A stretch of 64,000 nt of DNA, taken from the NCBI GenBank assembly GCA_024137785.1, contig JAHRHZ010000046.1, forward strand, positions 30,792,360 through 30,856,359, given 5' to 3'. Shown here piece after piece: positions 13,483 to 27,375 of this stretch. The position numbers and the translations under genes are program-made. This DNA comes from Ginglymostoma cirratum. Its lineage: Eukaryota. Under the pieces are notes generated by a model. The model saw only the letters and a list, made by a program, of their open reading frames with translations. It had not been told where the DNA came from and searched no databases. Each line of letters starts with the position of its first letter. Position 1 is the stretch's first letter.

Positions 13483-14247
13483 TGGCTATTTCAAAAGCTC
13501 TCAGGAGGAGAGGTCCTCACAGCAGTTCTGAAACCGAGTGACACAGGCCGGCTCCCTACCAGGGGACCAACAGCAACTGACCAGCAGACCTAAGAACTGA
13601 CAGCCTCCGAAAGCCACTTACCCGACCAACATCACAAAGCTTCAGACACATCCTGAGGTGAAAACCGGCCTGCAAAACCACCACAAAGTAAGGAAAACCA
13701 AATACTCACCTGATAAATCCACTATGTATCCTACCACATCACCAGACTCAACCCAGACTGAAGGCCTACACTGCCAGAAGTCTTCATTGAGGCACTGGGT
13801 ATGGCAAGTGGGAACAGCCAGTTGTAATTCAAAATCACTTCTTTTCTCACTGGTGAGCTTAAACTCCCAAGACCCCAAAGTTTCCAACCTAGCTAGCAGT
13901 GAGCGGAAGGCAGGTGGTGACAGTGCAGAAATCCCAAAGATAGGAAGTCTGATCAAAGTTTCTGTGATTAAAACTGCTGTTTAGCTTCTAATAGTGTTTA
14001 ACCTGTGTTCAATTTAAAAATGTATTTCATTACTGCTCTCATTGATTGTGTCAATTTCATTGTTTTTCTTACATTTGCATTTATTTCTTATATTATAATT
14101 ACCTTTTGTATTTATTGCCCTGAAACACCTGTCTACTACCTCCTTCATTTCACATTCCATAAATAAGTTTAGTTTCAGAACTAAGGATCTGGGGGTGATT
14201 TGAACCACCTAAAATCAGCAAATTACGGATTGCAAATAAGAACCCTA

Positions 14248-14352
14248 CAAAACAAAACAACAGAAGTTGCTGGAAAATCTCAAGCAAGTCTGAGAGCATC
14301 AGTGGAGAGAAATCAGAGTTAACATTGCAGATTCAGTGGTCCTTCTTCAGAG
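14248..14352 (-). mobile_element. PLE family B single arm
   Basis: cagaagttgctggaaaa...agagttaac...ccttcttcagagc. Confidence 0.7.
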
Positions 14353-14869
14353 CTGGAAGTACTTTATTGGGGACAGTGTGGATGGCAACATTATTGATTC
14401 TGGAGAGAAGAGAAATACTAAGTATATTATAACATATTTCTTGACATCAAACTGCAAGAATAAAGACTTTGGGCAACTCAATCAAAATTGCTTCAGGAAT
14501 CAGGACTGTTCAATGAAGCAATATTTACAAATGTCTCAATTCTGTTGCCACTGCCGTATGCATGGGAAATATGTAGCCAAATCAGAGACAGAAAACCTGC
14601 TAGAAATATGCTGCCTGCTATTTTTCAATCAAACAGCAGGGGAGACTATGGGGAACTAAGCATGAGGCTCACCACGGGGTTGATTTTTACTTTGTGCAAT
14701 GATGATTGTGAATTGACAACCTGTGTTACATCCCTTTTAGTCAGATGGAAATAAAAATCAGGCAAGGTACTACTAATCCTATAGATTTTGTAACTTCTTA
14801 TTTTATACAATCTCAACAAATCAAACCCTAAGGGTGAAAACTATCTTAAGCTCTGGTAGAGTTGGGATT

Positions 14870-15040
14870 TTAGAATCACAGGATGGTTACACCCCAGATC
14901 ATTCGGTCTTCATGACTTTGCCAGCTCTCTGAAATTGCAACTCAGCCAGTCCCATTCCCACACCCTTTTCCCATAATCTGACCTGATGTTTTTTCACTTC
15001 AGCTAATTATTCAACTCCCTTTGGAAAGCTATAATTGAAC
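14870..15040 (-). mobile_element. Old CR1 3' end
   Basis: tagaatcacag tail and a region similar to 21830-22010. Confidence 0.55.
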
Positions 15041-15217
15041 TTGCAGCTGTTATTGGTTTTCCTTGATTGTTTTTAGCAGTTACCTGTGCCCATTAATGGA
15101 ATAGATTGCGGAAATGGGAAACTTGCACGTTATGTTCCTTCTCGTCTCCCCCTCAGAAAATTTTAAGGTACTACTAGAAGCCTGGCAACCCACAAGACGT
15201 GGAAGGATTTCTGAAAT

Positions 15218-15322
15218 TAAAATAGAAAATGCTGGAGAAACTCAGCAGGTCTTGCAGCATCGGTGGAAGAAGAAACAGAGTCACTGCTTTGAGTCTGATA
15301 TGATTTTTCTTCAAGTTCCGAA
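15218..15322 (-). mobile_element. PLE family B single arm
   Basis: aaatgctggagaaactcagcaggtcttgcagcatc...aaacagagt. Confidence 0.7.
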
Positions 15323-16516
15323 CACGCTCTAAAATGAAATGCTTCTGGAAGGGTTAAGTTTGGAGATCGTATTAAGCTCCACCCAACTGATAATGTCATA
15401 CAGGTTTAGATGTGGATAAGACAGGACATTTTAAAACCTTCTGGAGTGAAGACCTACAGCCACATATCCTCCCAAAGTCCTGGGAAGTATGTGAATCTAG
15501 CTAATGTAAATTTTCATCATGCAATAAATTAAATTTTGTTTAAGACAAGAAGCTCTTAGTTTTAAGATTCACTAGTGGTTGTTCCTGTATCGTAGTAAAC
15601 CAACTTGACTGTTCGATGCAGTCAAGGAAAGAGGAATGGTGACAATATCCTTCTAACCACAAATATTGCAGTCAGTTGTGTCCCAGCCAATAGCTGGTTG
15701 GGCCAGGAGAATGGTAGAAGATTGGTATCTGTCTGGCAGATAAACAGGCAGAAGATGGGTATCAGCAAGACAAGTATGGGGATTAGGTGAGGTTTGGTGA
15801 ATTGCAGTGTTGGGCAGATTGAAGTTAATGAAAATTAACAGGGGTGTATCCAAACTGGCTGGCAACCTGATTATATCATTTCCCATCAGGCAAATATATA
15901 TATATATTATACACACACACATAATATACACACATTGTCATCATTCTGTTGAGTTGATGATCTCAGCCGCTTTGGAACGTAGAACTGAGGTAGGTAATCG
16001 CACTCGAGACAGGAGGGAAGATGCAGATGGAGTGTCTCCGTGGGGTTACTCTTCTTACTTCATAGCAGAGTTCTTGAAAGCAACATTGTGAGCAACCCTG
16101 GCGATGGCTGTTGCATATACAGTATGATTTGGGTCATTTTCAAATGAAGAAAATTAGTTAATATGAGGATGGATTTCCACGTAGTATAATACATTTACAA
16201 AAACCATAAATTCAGTTGTGTGATCTAAAATATACTTTCAATATCTTGCAAGACCTTTAGTTCAACGAGAAGGTAGAAACAGCTGCCTGAATTACTAATT
16301 AAAAATGTTGAATACACAGTATAGCTCAGAAATTGCCGACCACAAAATAAAGCAACACCAGAAGCACAAACAGACAAGAAGAACTTTTTCTGCACTAATC
16401 CACAGTCTATTGGATTCAGTAATGTCAATTTTGTTCTGAGCTTTTCAGCATTTCAAATGTCTTTTGTGTGATAGATTACCGTGATCTATAATTATTGGCC
16501 CAATAATAGAGAAACT

Positions 16517-16712
16517 AAAATAAAATAAAGAATTGTGGATGCTGGAAATCTGAAACTAAAATAGAAATTGCTTGAGTGACTCAGCAAGCGCGGCAGCATC
16601 TGTGGAGAAAAAGCAGAGTCAATATTTCGAGTCCAGTGACCCTGGAGGAGGTCTGCTCTGCTTTCTCTCCATAGATGCTGCCAGACCTGAGTTTCTCCAG
16701 CAACATTTTTTT
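16517..16712. mobile_element. Fold-back PLE family B repeat with central deletion
   Basis: Left arm gatgctggaaatctgaa...tttcgagtccagtgaccct; right arm ctccatagatgctgccagacctgagtttctccagcaac. Confidence 0.75.
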
Positions 16713-18799
16713 TAACTAAAAGAAATTGCTCCAACCATTTGAACAGGTGACTGCATCCACAAAAGTTAAATCATAGTCAGCAAGAACCTTTGTTTTTAGC
16801 TTCATTATTAATTTAGAAATCCTAGAGACTAGAGGCAAAAATGAATGAAAAGAACTGTTTAATTCTTTTTAATGATCACCACTTTGGAGAAAAGTGAACT
16901 GACTTCTCAAAAACACCAAGCAAATCCCTGAATCCATGGACTAGAATCAGAATCTGATCTAAAAACATGCAAAATTCTCATTTAGTAGCAAAAAAACATT
17001 TGTTTGCTATGCTTTTTGTTTATAATGTAAAATGTTTCATTCTTCTAAATAAACTCTTTAGATACTGAGTTGTAGTTTTGAAATGTCCTGAATTTTTCTA
17101 CATTGACTGCTCCTGCGAGGTTTTACTGAAGCACAGAATTACTGCAGGAACATTTATCTTAAGAAAAACTTGGTCATTCCCAACTCTGAAGGTGGTGCCC
17201 TCCAGGCTTAGTTTGCTGCAGACACAGGTCTTGAAATAACAAAATGCAAAATGTTCTCAATAAGTTGAACGAATCAATTATAAATGACGCCATAGCTCTG
17301 AATAACTGGAATTCATTCAATCCATTTTGGGGCAATGATTTAACGACATGGCAATGACTGATTCAATCTTGTGCGACCGCCATTGCTTTCAAACATTGAA
17401 AGGGTTTGATAGGAGAGCTTGGGATTATTTATACTATACCCTCAAGGAACTTGCATTTGGCACCGGTTTCATCAAATCAATCGCAAAGCCTGTCATAATC
17501 CTAGAGCAATACTTCATAGAAATGTACGACCTTATCTATCTTTTTAATCAACCGTGGAATTAGACAGTTATCCAATCCCCAATCTTGTTAGGGATTGCAG
17601 TTCTGTATCAACTGAGGTCAGACTGACATGACAGTTCCCATGGTGTTCAGCCCAAATGACTCAGGACACATGGCAGATACTGAAATCCTCCCCCATATTC
17701 ATTAGTAAATGTTGAGCGCAGGTGGATAAAATGAAAGCAGTTTGCAGATAAAGCAGGTTATCAATCAACACAGTACAGTCAAGCCGCATGCCATGCTGGA
17801 AGCAATTTTGACGCACATAATTAGCAGGTTTCACTTTATACATAATTAGGCAGCACAGCTTAAATCAAATAAATGTAGAAAATGCTGGAAGTACATAACA
17901 GATCCATCACAACAGTAAAAAAGAAGAACCAACCTTGTCTAACAGTTTCTACCAAATATATTAACTGTTTCTTTTTTGAAATGTCATCTAACCTGTTGAT
18001 TTTGTTTTCACTTTAGGTTTCTGGTATATGTCCTTTCTTTCTTTTGAAAGATTAAATGAAAAATCTTCCCTGTTAGAATCACTGAAAACGTGTCCAAAAT
18101 TAAAAGGATACGGTCTCTGCAACAATTAATGCAAATTGGCAAAAACCTGGACGATTAGCTGAAACTTGCAGTGTTTCTTTGCTTTCTGCAGCATGGCGTC
18201 TGATCCCGGAAAGGAAGAGTAGGAATTGTAATAAAGTTGTTCTGCTTTTGCTTGTTAAGGCTTTGTTAATGAGCCTGCAGGGCACAATGCAACAGTTTTT
18301 TTTTCTCTCCTCTGATGGTAATAAAATGACCAGGTAGGAATTAGCTTCCCAACTGACTTGAAGTTAATTCAGTAATAAAATAACTCTACACTTTGGTGGT
18401 ACATCTGTTCAACATGGATACTGCAGCAACTGTTAGACAAAGTGTGAATAGTAAGAGAGTGCTCTGGTATAGACACATCCCTATTGACTATGATTGGCCT
18501 TCTAAATTGCCTGTCTGGCAATGAAAGAATATTTCCTGACTCATGGGGCAATTTAAGCAGATAAGCAAAATCATTGAAAAACCTCAATATTCTACTCAGA
18601 GAGTGTTTATTTATCTTCATGGGAGACTAAAAAAAATTAATAAAGTTTAGCAAATAGAAACTCATCTCAGGCAGTGGATAAAACAAGTGATATTGAAACC
18701 AGTCATCCATTTTATGCAGTACTCGATAGTTAATTCTAATGATTGCAATGGCCTGAAGACGAGATACTGTAGAATAAGAAGGCAATCCTGTATCACCCA

Positions 18800-19017
18800 G
18801 AGATAGTAAGAACTGCTGATGCTGGAGTCAGAGGTGACACAGTGTGGAGTTGGAAGAACACAGCAGGTCAGGCAGCATCAGAGGAGCAGGAACGCTAACG
18901 TTTCAGGTCGGGGCCCTTCTTTTTTCTGAAGAAAGGTCCCAACCCGAAACATCAACTTTCCTGCTCCTCTGATGCTGCCTGGCCTGCTGTGTTCCTCCAG
19001 CTCCACACTGTGTTATC
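18800..19017. mobile_element. Fold-back PLE family A-related insertion
   Basis: Inverted arms meet at ~18920 with decayed hammerhead cores. 13-bp TSD CCTGTATCACCCA at 18787-18799 and 19018-19030. Confidence 0.85.
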
Positions 19018-19261
19018 CCTGTATCACCCATTTTGTGCCACTACCTGAGACCAATTTCTACTCTGACGTTTATGTAAATGAACTGACGTCTCTAACTGGT
19101 CTATCAATTGTTTTAAGAAACTATTGATTATGGGGAAGATTGACCCCCAAAAAAACGTGATAATTCTATTACAATTTCACTTACAGACTTTCCATCTAAC
19201 AACAGCAACACTACAAGACCTTGCTTTTACATAGCATTTTTTGCAGGAAATGGTGCTTCAT

Positions 19262-19661
19262 NNNNNNNNNNNNNNNNNNNNNNNNNNNNNNNNNNNNNNN
19301 NNNNNNNNNNNNNNNNNNNNNNNNNNNNNNNNNNNNNNNNNNNNNNNNNNNNNNNNNNNNNNNNNNNNNNNNNNNNNNNNNNNNNNNNNNNNNNNNNNNN
19401 NNNNNNNNNNNNNNNNNNNNNNNNNNNNNNNNNNNNNNNNNNNNNNNNNNNNNNNNNNNNNNNNNNNNNNNNNNNNNNNNNNNNNNNNNNNNNNNNNNNN
19501 NNNNNNNNNNNNNNNNNNNNNNNNNNNNNNNNNNNNNNNNNNNNNNNNNNNNNNNNNNNNNNNNNNNNNNNNNNNNNNNNNNNNNNNNNNNNNNNNNNNN
19601 NNNNNNNNNNNNNNNNNNNNNNNNNNNNNNNNNNNNNNNNNNNNNNNNNNNNNNNNNNNNN
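19262..19661. other. Assembly gap (400 N)
   Basis: N run. Confidence 1.
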
Positions 19662-19793
19662 GGCTGGATGAACACAGCAGGTCAAGCAGCATCATAGGAG
19701 CAGGAAAAGATGCTGCTTGACCTGCTGTGTTCATCCAGCCCCATGCTTGTTATCTCGGATTCTCCAGCATCTGCAGTACCTTTTATCTCTGAT
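19662..19793. mobile_element. Young fold-back PLE family A copy at the gap edge
   Basis: ggctggatgaacacagcaggtcaagcagcatc followed closely by its exact reverse complement and the tail; essentially identical to 29321-29406. Confidence 0.85.
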
Positions 19794-20094
19794 AAAATAT
19801 AAATGAGTCTTATTTTGCCTTTTGAAAATGCAGAACATTTTTGCATTGCACTTTATGTAACTTTACATGGGAGTACTTTTACAACTAGCAGCAGATACTT
19901 GCAAAAAACAAAACATTGAGGATGGTTTCATATGCTTGCAATTTAATAATTATGTTTGTTCTTTTTGTGTTCGAGTTGTGGGGGTGTGGTAGACAATTCT
20001 CATTTAATCACAGTTTCAGTGAGAATTGACACTTCCCTGGCTGATGGAGCAACCTATGCAAGAATAATTAGACCAAGTTAATCTGAATATTTTT

Positions 20095-20202
20095 GAACCA
20101 ACCTGTTCAGATATATTACTACACACCTTTAGAGCAGGTAGGACTTGAACCTAGGCCTCTATGGTCCAAAGGTAGGGGCACTACCACTGTACCACATGAG
20201 CC
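20095..20202 (-). mobile_element. tRNA-derived SINE head
   Basis: Minus strand has A-box-like tggtacagtgg and B-box-like ggttcaagtcc at tRNA spacing; I could not see a full cloverleaf. Confidence 0.6.
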
Positions 20203-21828
20203 TTTGTATCTAATTTAGCTGATAGATATGTCTTTATTTCATTCACATAATATTATTTGCTGTATGCAACATGAAGACAAAGTAATTGACTTTGGAGTAT
20301 GTTACCAACTTCAAAATGGTATGTCACCATTAAATATGGCCACGAAGATCAATCTGAGCAAGTGCATGTTCATCTGCAACTCATTTGCAAACATAAGCAA
20401 TAGTTCCACTTGTGCAAGCAGGTAATCTTTATGACATAATTGAATCTAATCTTTCATTAACCACTGCCACTTTCGTGCATACATGTGAACTGACTCTTTT
20501 CAAAGGAGATTTTGCCACAAAGTCATCCAGGTGCAATAGTTGGATTACTTATGCTGAAGACAATTTCTGGGAAAGTTGTCGCAATGTTAGTGCTGCTGAT
20601 TGAGAGTACCCCGGTCCTTCATTTGACAGTTAAAGTCATGCCAAGGACAAAACAAAATGATTCGATGTAACTGGATCATCAGATAAAAAGGAATTTCTAG
20701 CTCTTTCAACACACTTGCCTTGATAATTTCTTGGGCCTACATTGTACAAGTTTAAGGATGACATTCTGATGATGTGCGTGTGGTGCTCCACATATCAATG
20801 ACATTGGGTACAAATGCAAATATTTGCTGTAGTTGATTGATCAAATGCATCTTGAAAGGTGATTAGGTGATACCTCAAGATCAACAACAGCGACATGTGT
20901 CACAAACATAATTTGTTTGTCCTCAAACTTGGCCATGAACCATTATTTTTTATGAAGTTGTTTCTAACCTTCTTTTAGTTTTTTAGTTTCTCAATTGAAG
21001 AGAAAACTGCAGAGCCTCATGATTTAAAGAAGATAAATGGGTTGGTTTAATACACAGTTATTTCTAATGTTATTCAAGTAAACGTGATAAGGTTATTAGC
21101 AACTACACTTGCAAAGATTAAATAATACATATAAAAAAATACCATCAGCCTCTAAGAATATTGCTGGTTTGTTAACTGCTTTGAAAATTCTCTTTCTGAA
21201 GTTAAGAGGTTTGAAAATTTAAGGTCAGAATTCAGCAGGTTGTATTGGCTTCTTCAGTTGAATATTTGGAGGTTGCACTCAGTGGAAGAACAGGCTGGAG
21301 GAATGAGTGAATGTTCCTTTGCTGACCTTGCTGGTTGCAGCTGTTGGTAACGTTGTTCAATCCTTCCTCCTGTCCCTATGTTGAGCAGCTGTTACTGAAA
21401 CATAGAAACACAGATCTCGCTTCAAGATGACATTTTCATGGCTATGTATGCAGTGTTTACTCATTCCTAATCTTTGATATAGACCAAAAATTAAAATGGC
21501 AGCTATCCCAAAAGTGTTAACTCATGCTCCCTTATTAAATTGGTTGGGTTACCTTGGATCTGTGTACAGACCCATCCATTGTCTTTTAGTTGAGCTAAGT
21601 AACTTTCGACAGTCTCAGCCATTTACTTGGATGGCTTTCATTTCTTAGCTTGTTGGTCAGCTATAAGGAAATGTTCACACCTCCAGTAAACTATTGTCAA
21701 GGAATTTTACTTTTCAAAATGTTTGTTAAATTTTTAAAGGTCTCTTGAGGTTATTTCTTGAAAAGGGCAAAGTCTGGTCCTTATTATCAGGTGAACCCAC
21801 AAGGGTAATCTTGTGACTTCTTGAAGCC

Positions 21829-23365
21829 ATCATAGAATCGTTGAATTTTTACAGTGCTAAAAGAGGCCATTTGACCTATCATGTCTCTGCCAGCTCTAGA
21901 AAGTGCTACCCAGCTATCCCTTTCTCCAGCTCTGTCCCAGTAGCCCTATAAATTCATCACTTTCAAATATATCCAATTCTCTTTTGAAACATCCTATGGA
22001 ATCTGCCTCCATCACTCCCTGAAGCAGCACTTTGCAAATCCTAACAACTCTCTGAGTAAAGATGTTTCTCCTCAACTCACTACTATTGTGACCCCTAGTT
22101 ACTGGCATACCAGATAGTCGAAAGAGAATATACTTCTTTACCCTGTCAAAATTGTTCATAATTCCAATCACCTCAATAAGGTCACCTCTTAATATTCTCT
22201 GCTCCAATTTCTCTAATCATTCCCTGTATCTAAAATAGCTCATTCCTGGCATCATTCTAGTAAATCTCCTTATTACTCTTTAACATCCTTCCTTACATAA
22301 GATGCCCAGAACTGAATACAATATTCCAATCACAAAAACAGAAGTTGCTGGAAAAGCTCAGCAGGTCTGGCAGAGTCTGTGAAGAAAAATCAGAGTTAAC
22401 ATTTCGAGTCCACTGACCCTTCCACAGAACTGACAAATGAGTTGTAGAGGTGTAGCATTACTTCCTTGTTTTTATACTGTATACTTCTATTTATAAACCC
22501 AAGGATCCTATAAGCCTTCCTAACAACTGCTTCAATTTGTCTGGCCACCTTCAGAGAATTATGCACGTGAATGCCGAGGTTCCTCTGCTCCTGTACGCCT
22601 TCAAAGTTGTACCATTGAGTCTGGATTATCTCCCCATGTCTCTTCTACCAGAATGCATTGACTCATTTCTTTGCATTGAAATTTCCAGGTGTCTGGCTAT
22701 TTGGTTAACTGGTCAATGTCCCTCTGAAGTCACTCAGCATCATCCTCACAATTTGTTACTCACCCTAGCTTAGTATCATCTGCAAATTTAGACATTTTGC
22801 AGTCAACACCCATCTCCAAATTATTTATATGAATCAGAAAAAGCATGGGTCCCAGCACTGATCATGAGGGAATAACACTTTTTCAATTTGTGTCCAGTCT
22901 GAGAAATGCCGAGCTACACCTACCCTCTGTTCCCTATCGTTTAGCCAATTTCTAATCATTGCTGCCAAGGTCTCATCAATTCTAAATATTTTGAATGTCC
23001 TTACCAACCTGCCATGTGGCACTGTATCAGATGCTTTCTGAAAGTCCAAATATACAACATCCACTGCACTACCTTCACCCATTGCCTTTGTCACCTTGTC
23101 AAAGAACTCAATTAGATTTGTCAGACATGACCGGCCCTTAACAATGCCGTGTTGACTGTCTAGTATAGATTTATTATTCTCCAAGTATGTATTTATCTTA
23201 TCCTATATTATTCCCTCCATCAGTTTTCCCACTATTGATATCCACATGACAGCTCTGTAGGTTCCTGGGTCATCCTCTACCTCTTTCTTAAACAAAGGTG
23301 TCATATTTGCAAGTCTCCATTACTCTGGGACTAATCCTGCGTCCAAAGAGGCTTGGAAAATTTCT
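21829..23365 (-). mobile_element. CR1 LINE ORF2 RT region to 3' tail, decayed
   Basis: QHGIVKGRSCLTNLIEFFD, DVVYLDFQKASDTVPH, LRGDLIEV, TRGH, FTQRVVR motifs; tail ending attctatg. Confidence 0.92.
22333..22432 (-). mobile_element. PLE family B arm inserted in the CR1
   Basis: aaaaacagaagttgctggaaaagctcagcaggtctggcag...tttcgagtccactgacccttccacagaac. Confidence 0.8.
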
Positions 23366-24611
23366 GTCAGTTTGTATTGAGGTTGTAAGATTAATTTAAA
23401 GATTCCAATTTCAAAACAGATTAGCTTCCCTTACAAAATATATAATAACATAGCTACACGAACACTACACATTAAAAGCTCTTTTTGCAGCAAAGGCATT
23501 CCCATTGTTTTTCATCTTTACCATCCTCATCTGGACCTTCTTTTGACTCTCTACTTATACTATTACCACCTACAACTTCTGCATAACATCATTCCTTTTA
23601 TCACAGATACACCTTCATTCTCCTTCTCAACACAAACTATCTCTGCCCCATATTCACGTGACTGCAATTCCCCTCCAGCTTTTGTTCAACTGCTTTGTGC
23701 TTGCTTGAAAAATCTCTAACTTGTCCCATGTGTAAGTCCTTAAATCTGAAATGTTCATTTGACTTCTCTTTCCGCAGAGTTCACTGTTTTTGTGTTGAGT
23801 TTCATTACCTGATAATGATATTTGAACGCCACCACACACATCATCACTGTTGTGTGTACTGCCATCCATATCTTAAGTTTCTTGGTTTTGTGGGTGTTGA
23901 TGTGATCTGGTATGTGCCAGGGTCGGCTACTGTTGGTCTAATGAGAGGAGTCTTGTGGAGTAAACAAGTACTCACAAGTTATAAAAATACACACATATTT
24001 ACTACAAAGACTGTTGGGGTGACTTAGCTCTAAACCTATCTCTCACAAAATCCTACCTTACTCTCCCATCAAGTCCTCCTGACATCATCACAGTGAGTCA
24101 ATGCTTATTGCACTCAGTTAAGTATTAACTCATTTATGTCTTTCCATGTTCACATTTACATATGTCTGAAATTCCTTGAATTCTCCAAACATTGTCCAGT
24201 GGTCCATCTGTAAGAAATGCATTCATTTTAATCTCATTCATTTGAAGATTGCGAGTGGGCTCAATCCCTGAACCAGCACAACACCAAATGTAGATTTAAA
24301 TAATCTATCTACTAGACATTGAAAACTGGGTCCTGATGAAAGTTGCTGACCTTAAACTTAACTCTATTTCTCTCTTGATAGATGCTGCAAGATCTGTATT
24401 TTTGTACCAATAGGTGCCACTTCAGTTTATATGTACCTGCTTATTTGAATGGAAATACAGCTTCAGGCAAAATATAGTATGATATCATTATCAAGAAATG
24501 AACAGGTAATTAATTCAATTTATGTGAACACAGCTGGATAGCGATAGATTTCAAGAAATATTGGCTGGAAATATTTCAGAGCCTGTTTCAGCCAACAACC
24601 TGAAATGTTAA

Positions 24612-24695
24612 TTCATTTCCTCTCACCACATATGCTGCCTGATCCACTGAGTGTTACCACCATTTTCTGTGTTTTCTTCATTTTGAATTTATAGC
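24612..24695 (+). mobile_element. PLE family B arm, old
   Basis: cacatatgctgcctgatccactgagtgttaccaccattttctgt. Confidence 0.55.
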
Positions 24696-25366
24696 ATTTC
24701 ACTTTTGCTTTGGTAGAATCTGTAGCTTCCATTTGTACTCTGACATTGCATAATTTATCAGCGATAGGCTTGTGGCACAGAGTAATTTTTTTGTACCATA
24801 TCTTAATATATTTACAATACAATTCCTTCATCATCAGAAAGAATGAAGACAGAAACCTATGTATTTTGTAGAACAGCTTCCAGTCAGTCAATGTCAATAC
24901 TGCCATTGTTACTAACATTCATAAAGGTGGAACGCGGTCAACTCTCATTGAAATTGAGAAAATGCAGTGAATCTACTCATTTTCAAAAACAGAGGCACAC
25001 ATTCCTTCACACAGCTTAAAAGAGAGTGATGCCCTCATTACATTTCCATAAATTAGATTTTAAAATAAATATTAGCGAGAAAAATCATTATCTAGCTAAC
25101 TGTACTGTTACTTTGTTGAGGATAAATTTCATGAATCTTTTATGAACATCACAGGTTTTCGTTACCTGAGCGTGCCAGTACATTATCATCCAAGAACATA
25201 TCCTAAGTCAGATAACACTTCTATACTGTCTTGTGTTCTGAAATTGTACTCACAAAACTGAAACTAAATCTCCAAAATGTGATGGAGCTCAGACAACATG
25301 TAATAGAGCTAAATTTCTCTGAAAAACATCATGACACAGTTTAGAGAGAGAGAGAATCACTGTGGT

Positions 25367-26190
25367 CTTGATTTGATTTATTATAGTAATGTGTTCCTAA
25401 GTACAATGAAAAGTTTTGTTTTGTGAGCAGTACAGGCAGATTAAAGCAAACAAAGACATATAGATCATAAGGTGTTTAGACAGAGCAAGGCATTCAGATT
25501 ACACTGCACAGGAAGTGCGCAAACCAAGATCAACGTTAACCAGATCAACATTATTTAAAATTAGAGACTCCATTCATCAGTCTAATAATGCCAGGGAAAA
25601 AGCTGTTCTTGAACCTGCTGGTGTATGTGTTCAAGCTTCTGTATCTTCTGCCTGACAGAAGAGGTTGGAAGAGAGCATTACTGGGGTGGGAGAAGCCTTT
25701 GATTTTGGCAACCTTTCCGCGGCAACAAAAACTGTAAATGGAGTCCCACGGATGGGAGGTTGGCTTCCGTGATGGTCTGGGCTGTGCGCACAACCTTCTA
25801 TAGTTTCTTACAGTCCTGGGCAGAGAGTTGCCATACCAAGCCATTATGCACCCGGATAATATGCTTTCTATAGTGCAGTTATAAAAGTTGGTGAGGATCC
25901 TTATGGACCTGCTGAATTTTCGAAACCACCTGGGGTAGAATAGGCATTGTTGTGCTTTCTTGACCGTCATATCTACGTGAGAAGTTCAGGATGGGTTGTC
26001 GATTATTGTCACTCCTAGGAACTTGACACACTCAACCTCTACTCGAGCAATGTAGATGGGGCCATGCTCTCCTCCTTTCTTCCCAAAGTCAATGATCAAT
26101 TCTTTTGTTTTGCTGAGATTGACTGAGAGATTGCTATCATTGCATCACAACACCAAGCCCTCTATCTCCTTTCTGTATTCTGACTCATTA
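25367..26190 (-). mobile_element. Rex/Babar-type LINE RT C-terminus and 3' UTR
   Basis: VKKAQQCLF..LTNFYNCTIESILSGCIMAWYGN..LLSGRRYRSL..TSRFKNSFFP (DUF1891-like region); upstream KTKELIIDF and KFLGVTI motifs. Confidence 0.85.
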
Positions 26191-27277
26191 TTGTTTCTAT
26201 AGCACAACTTACAGAGTACACTGAAGCTACAGACATAAATCTGATTAGAATGCATTGCATGAAGGCAAAGCATTGACTCCTGTTTCACATTAAAAACAAA
26301 TGTAATTTTTTGTATGCTTAATTTCGCCATTGAATTGAAATATGTGACTCCTTGGCAAACTATTGACTTTTTAGATCAAATACGTGGACAGTTTATCTTT
26401 AAATTCATCTTTGCTTTAAGAGCCATTGATTCAATTTAAGAAATATGTGCCATTAATTATTACAATCTCCAAAATTCAACATGCGACATGATTTGTAATT
26501 TCTCGCTATCCAGCACTTAGCTGTAATTGCAGATATCCTTATAAATCTCATTATAAAACTTATGCCTTCTATCATCATGCCAAGATGCTTAAGGCAAGGT
26601 TGAGTACAATGTCCACTAGTACATTGGGTAGCTCTTGATTTATTTTGAGACCAAGTCACATCAGTTCCTAGCCTCCCTCAGTCTCTTACTACAATATCAG
26701 CAATGACTCCCAGCACAATCTATCAATGGCAAAACTTATCTCCATTTTCTTTGACACAGGTCCAACAGATTTTGCATAAAACCTTAAACTAAATGAGTCT
26801 AATGGCAATCTCTTTAATAACTTTGCAAGCATCTTTCAAAGTTCAATTTTATATGAGAAATTGCTCCTATATTTCTACAAAATTAGCATGCACCTTAAAT
26901 TATAGTCAATTAACCTGACCAATCTGCTGTATGTCTGTGACATAATCTGTGGATTGTTCCGTTTGGACTCAAGATGAAGCTAAAGTCCTTATTCCAATTT
27001 GTTCATTGACCCCAGTGTGTACAGATGCCAAATGTGGAAAAATTCATACCTGGGTGTGATGCCTTATGTGGTGGGTCCATTAACTATTTTCACCATCTAG
27101 GCTTATAGATAATGAACGGTTACTTAGGCAATACCTGTAATTATTTCCATGGTTCAGTATTTCAGGAGAGATGAGGTAATACATATGAGAGCCACGCTTA
27201 GTTCTACGTATAAAGCATATGCTGATTTAAACAAAAATGATAATAGCATTACCTGGAGAAAGACATTGGCACAGATT

Positions 27278-27375
27278 ACAAAAACAGAACTTGCTGGAGA
27301 AATTCTGCAGGTCCAGCAGCATCTGTGAAGAAAAAGCAGAGTTAATATTTCGGGTCCACTGACCCTTCTTCAAAA
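27278..27375 (-). mobile_element. PLE family B single arm
   Basis: ttgctggagaaattctgcaggtccagcagcatctgtgaag...tttcgggtccactgacccttcttca. Confidence 0.75.

Noticed and set aside
15950-16130. Donor-like sites on both strands (GAG|GTAGGT and GAA|GTAAGA)
   Set aside because: No matching acceptor or recognisable peptide in any frame
19211-19734. 150-160 aa ORFs in several frames (also at 56902-57534)
   Set aside because: Artefacts of translating through N gaps
20095-20202. tRNA gene
   Set aside because: A and B boxes are present but no full cloverleaf is evident; better explained as a SINE head
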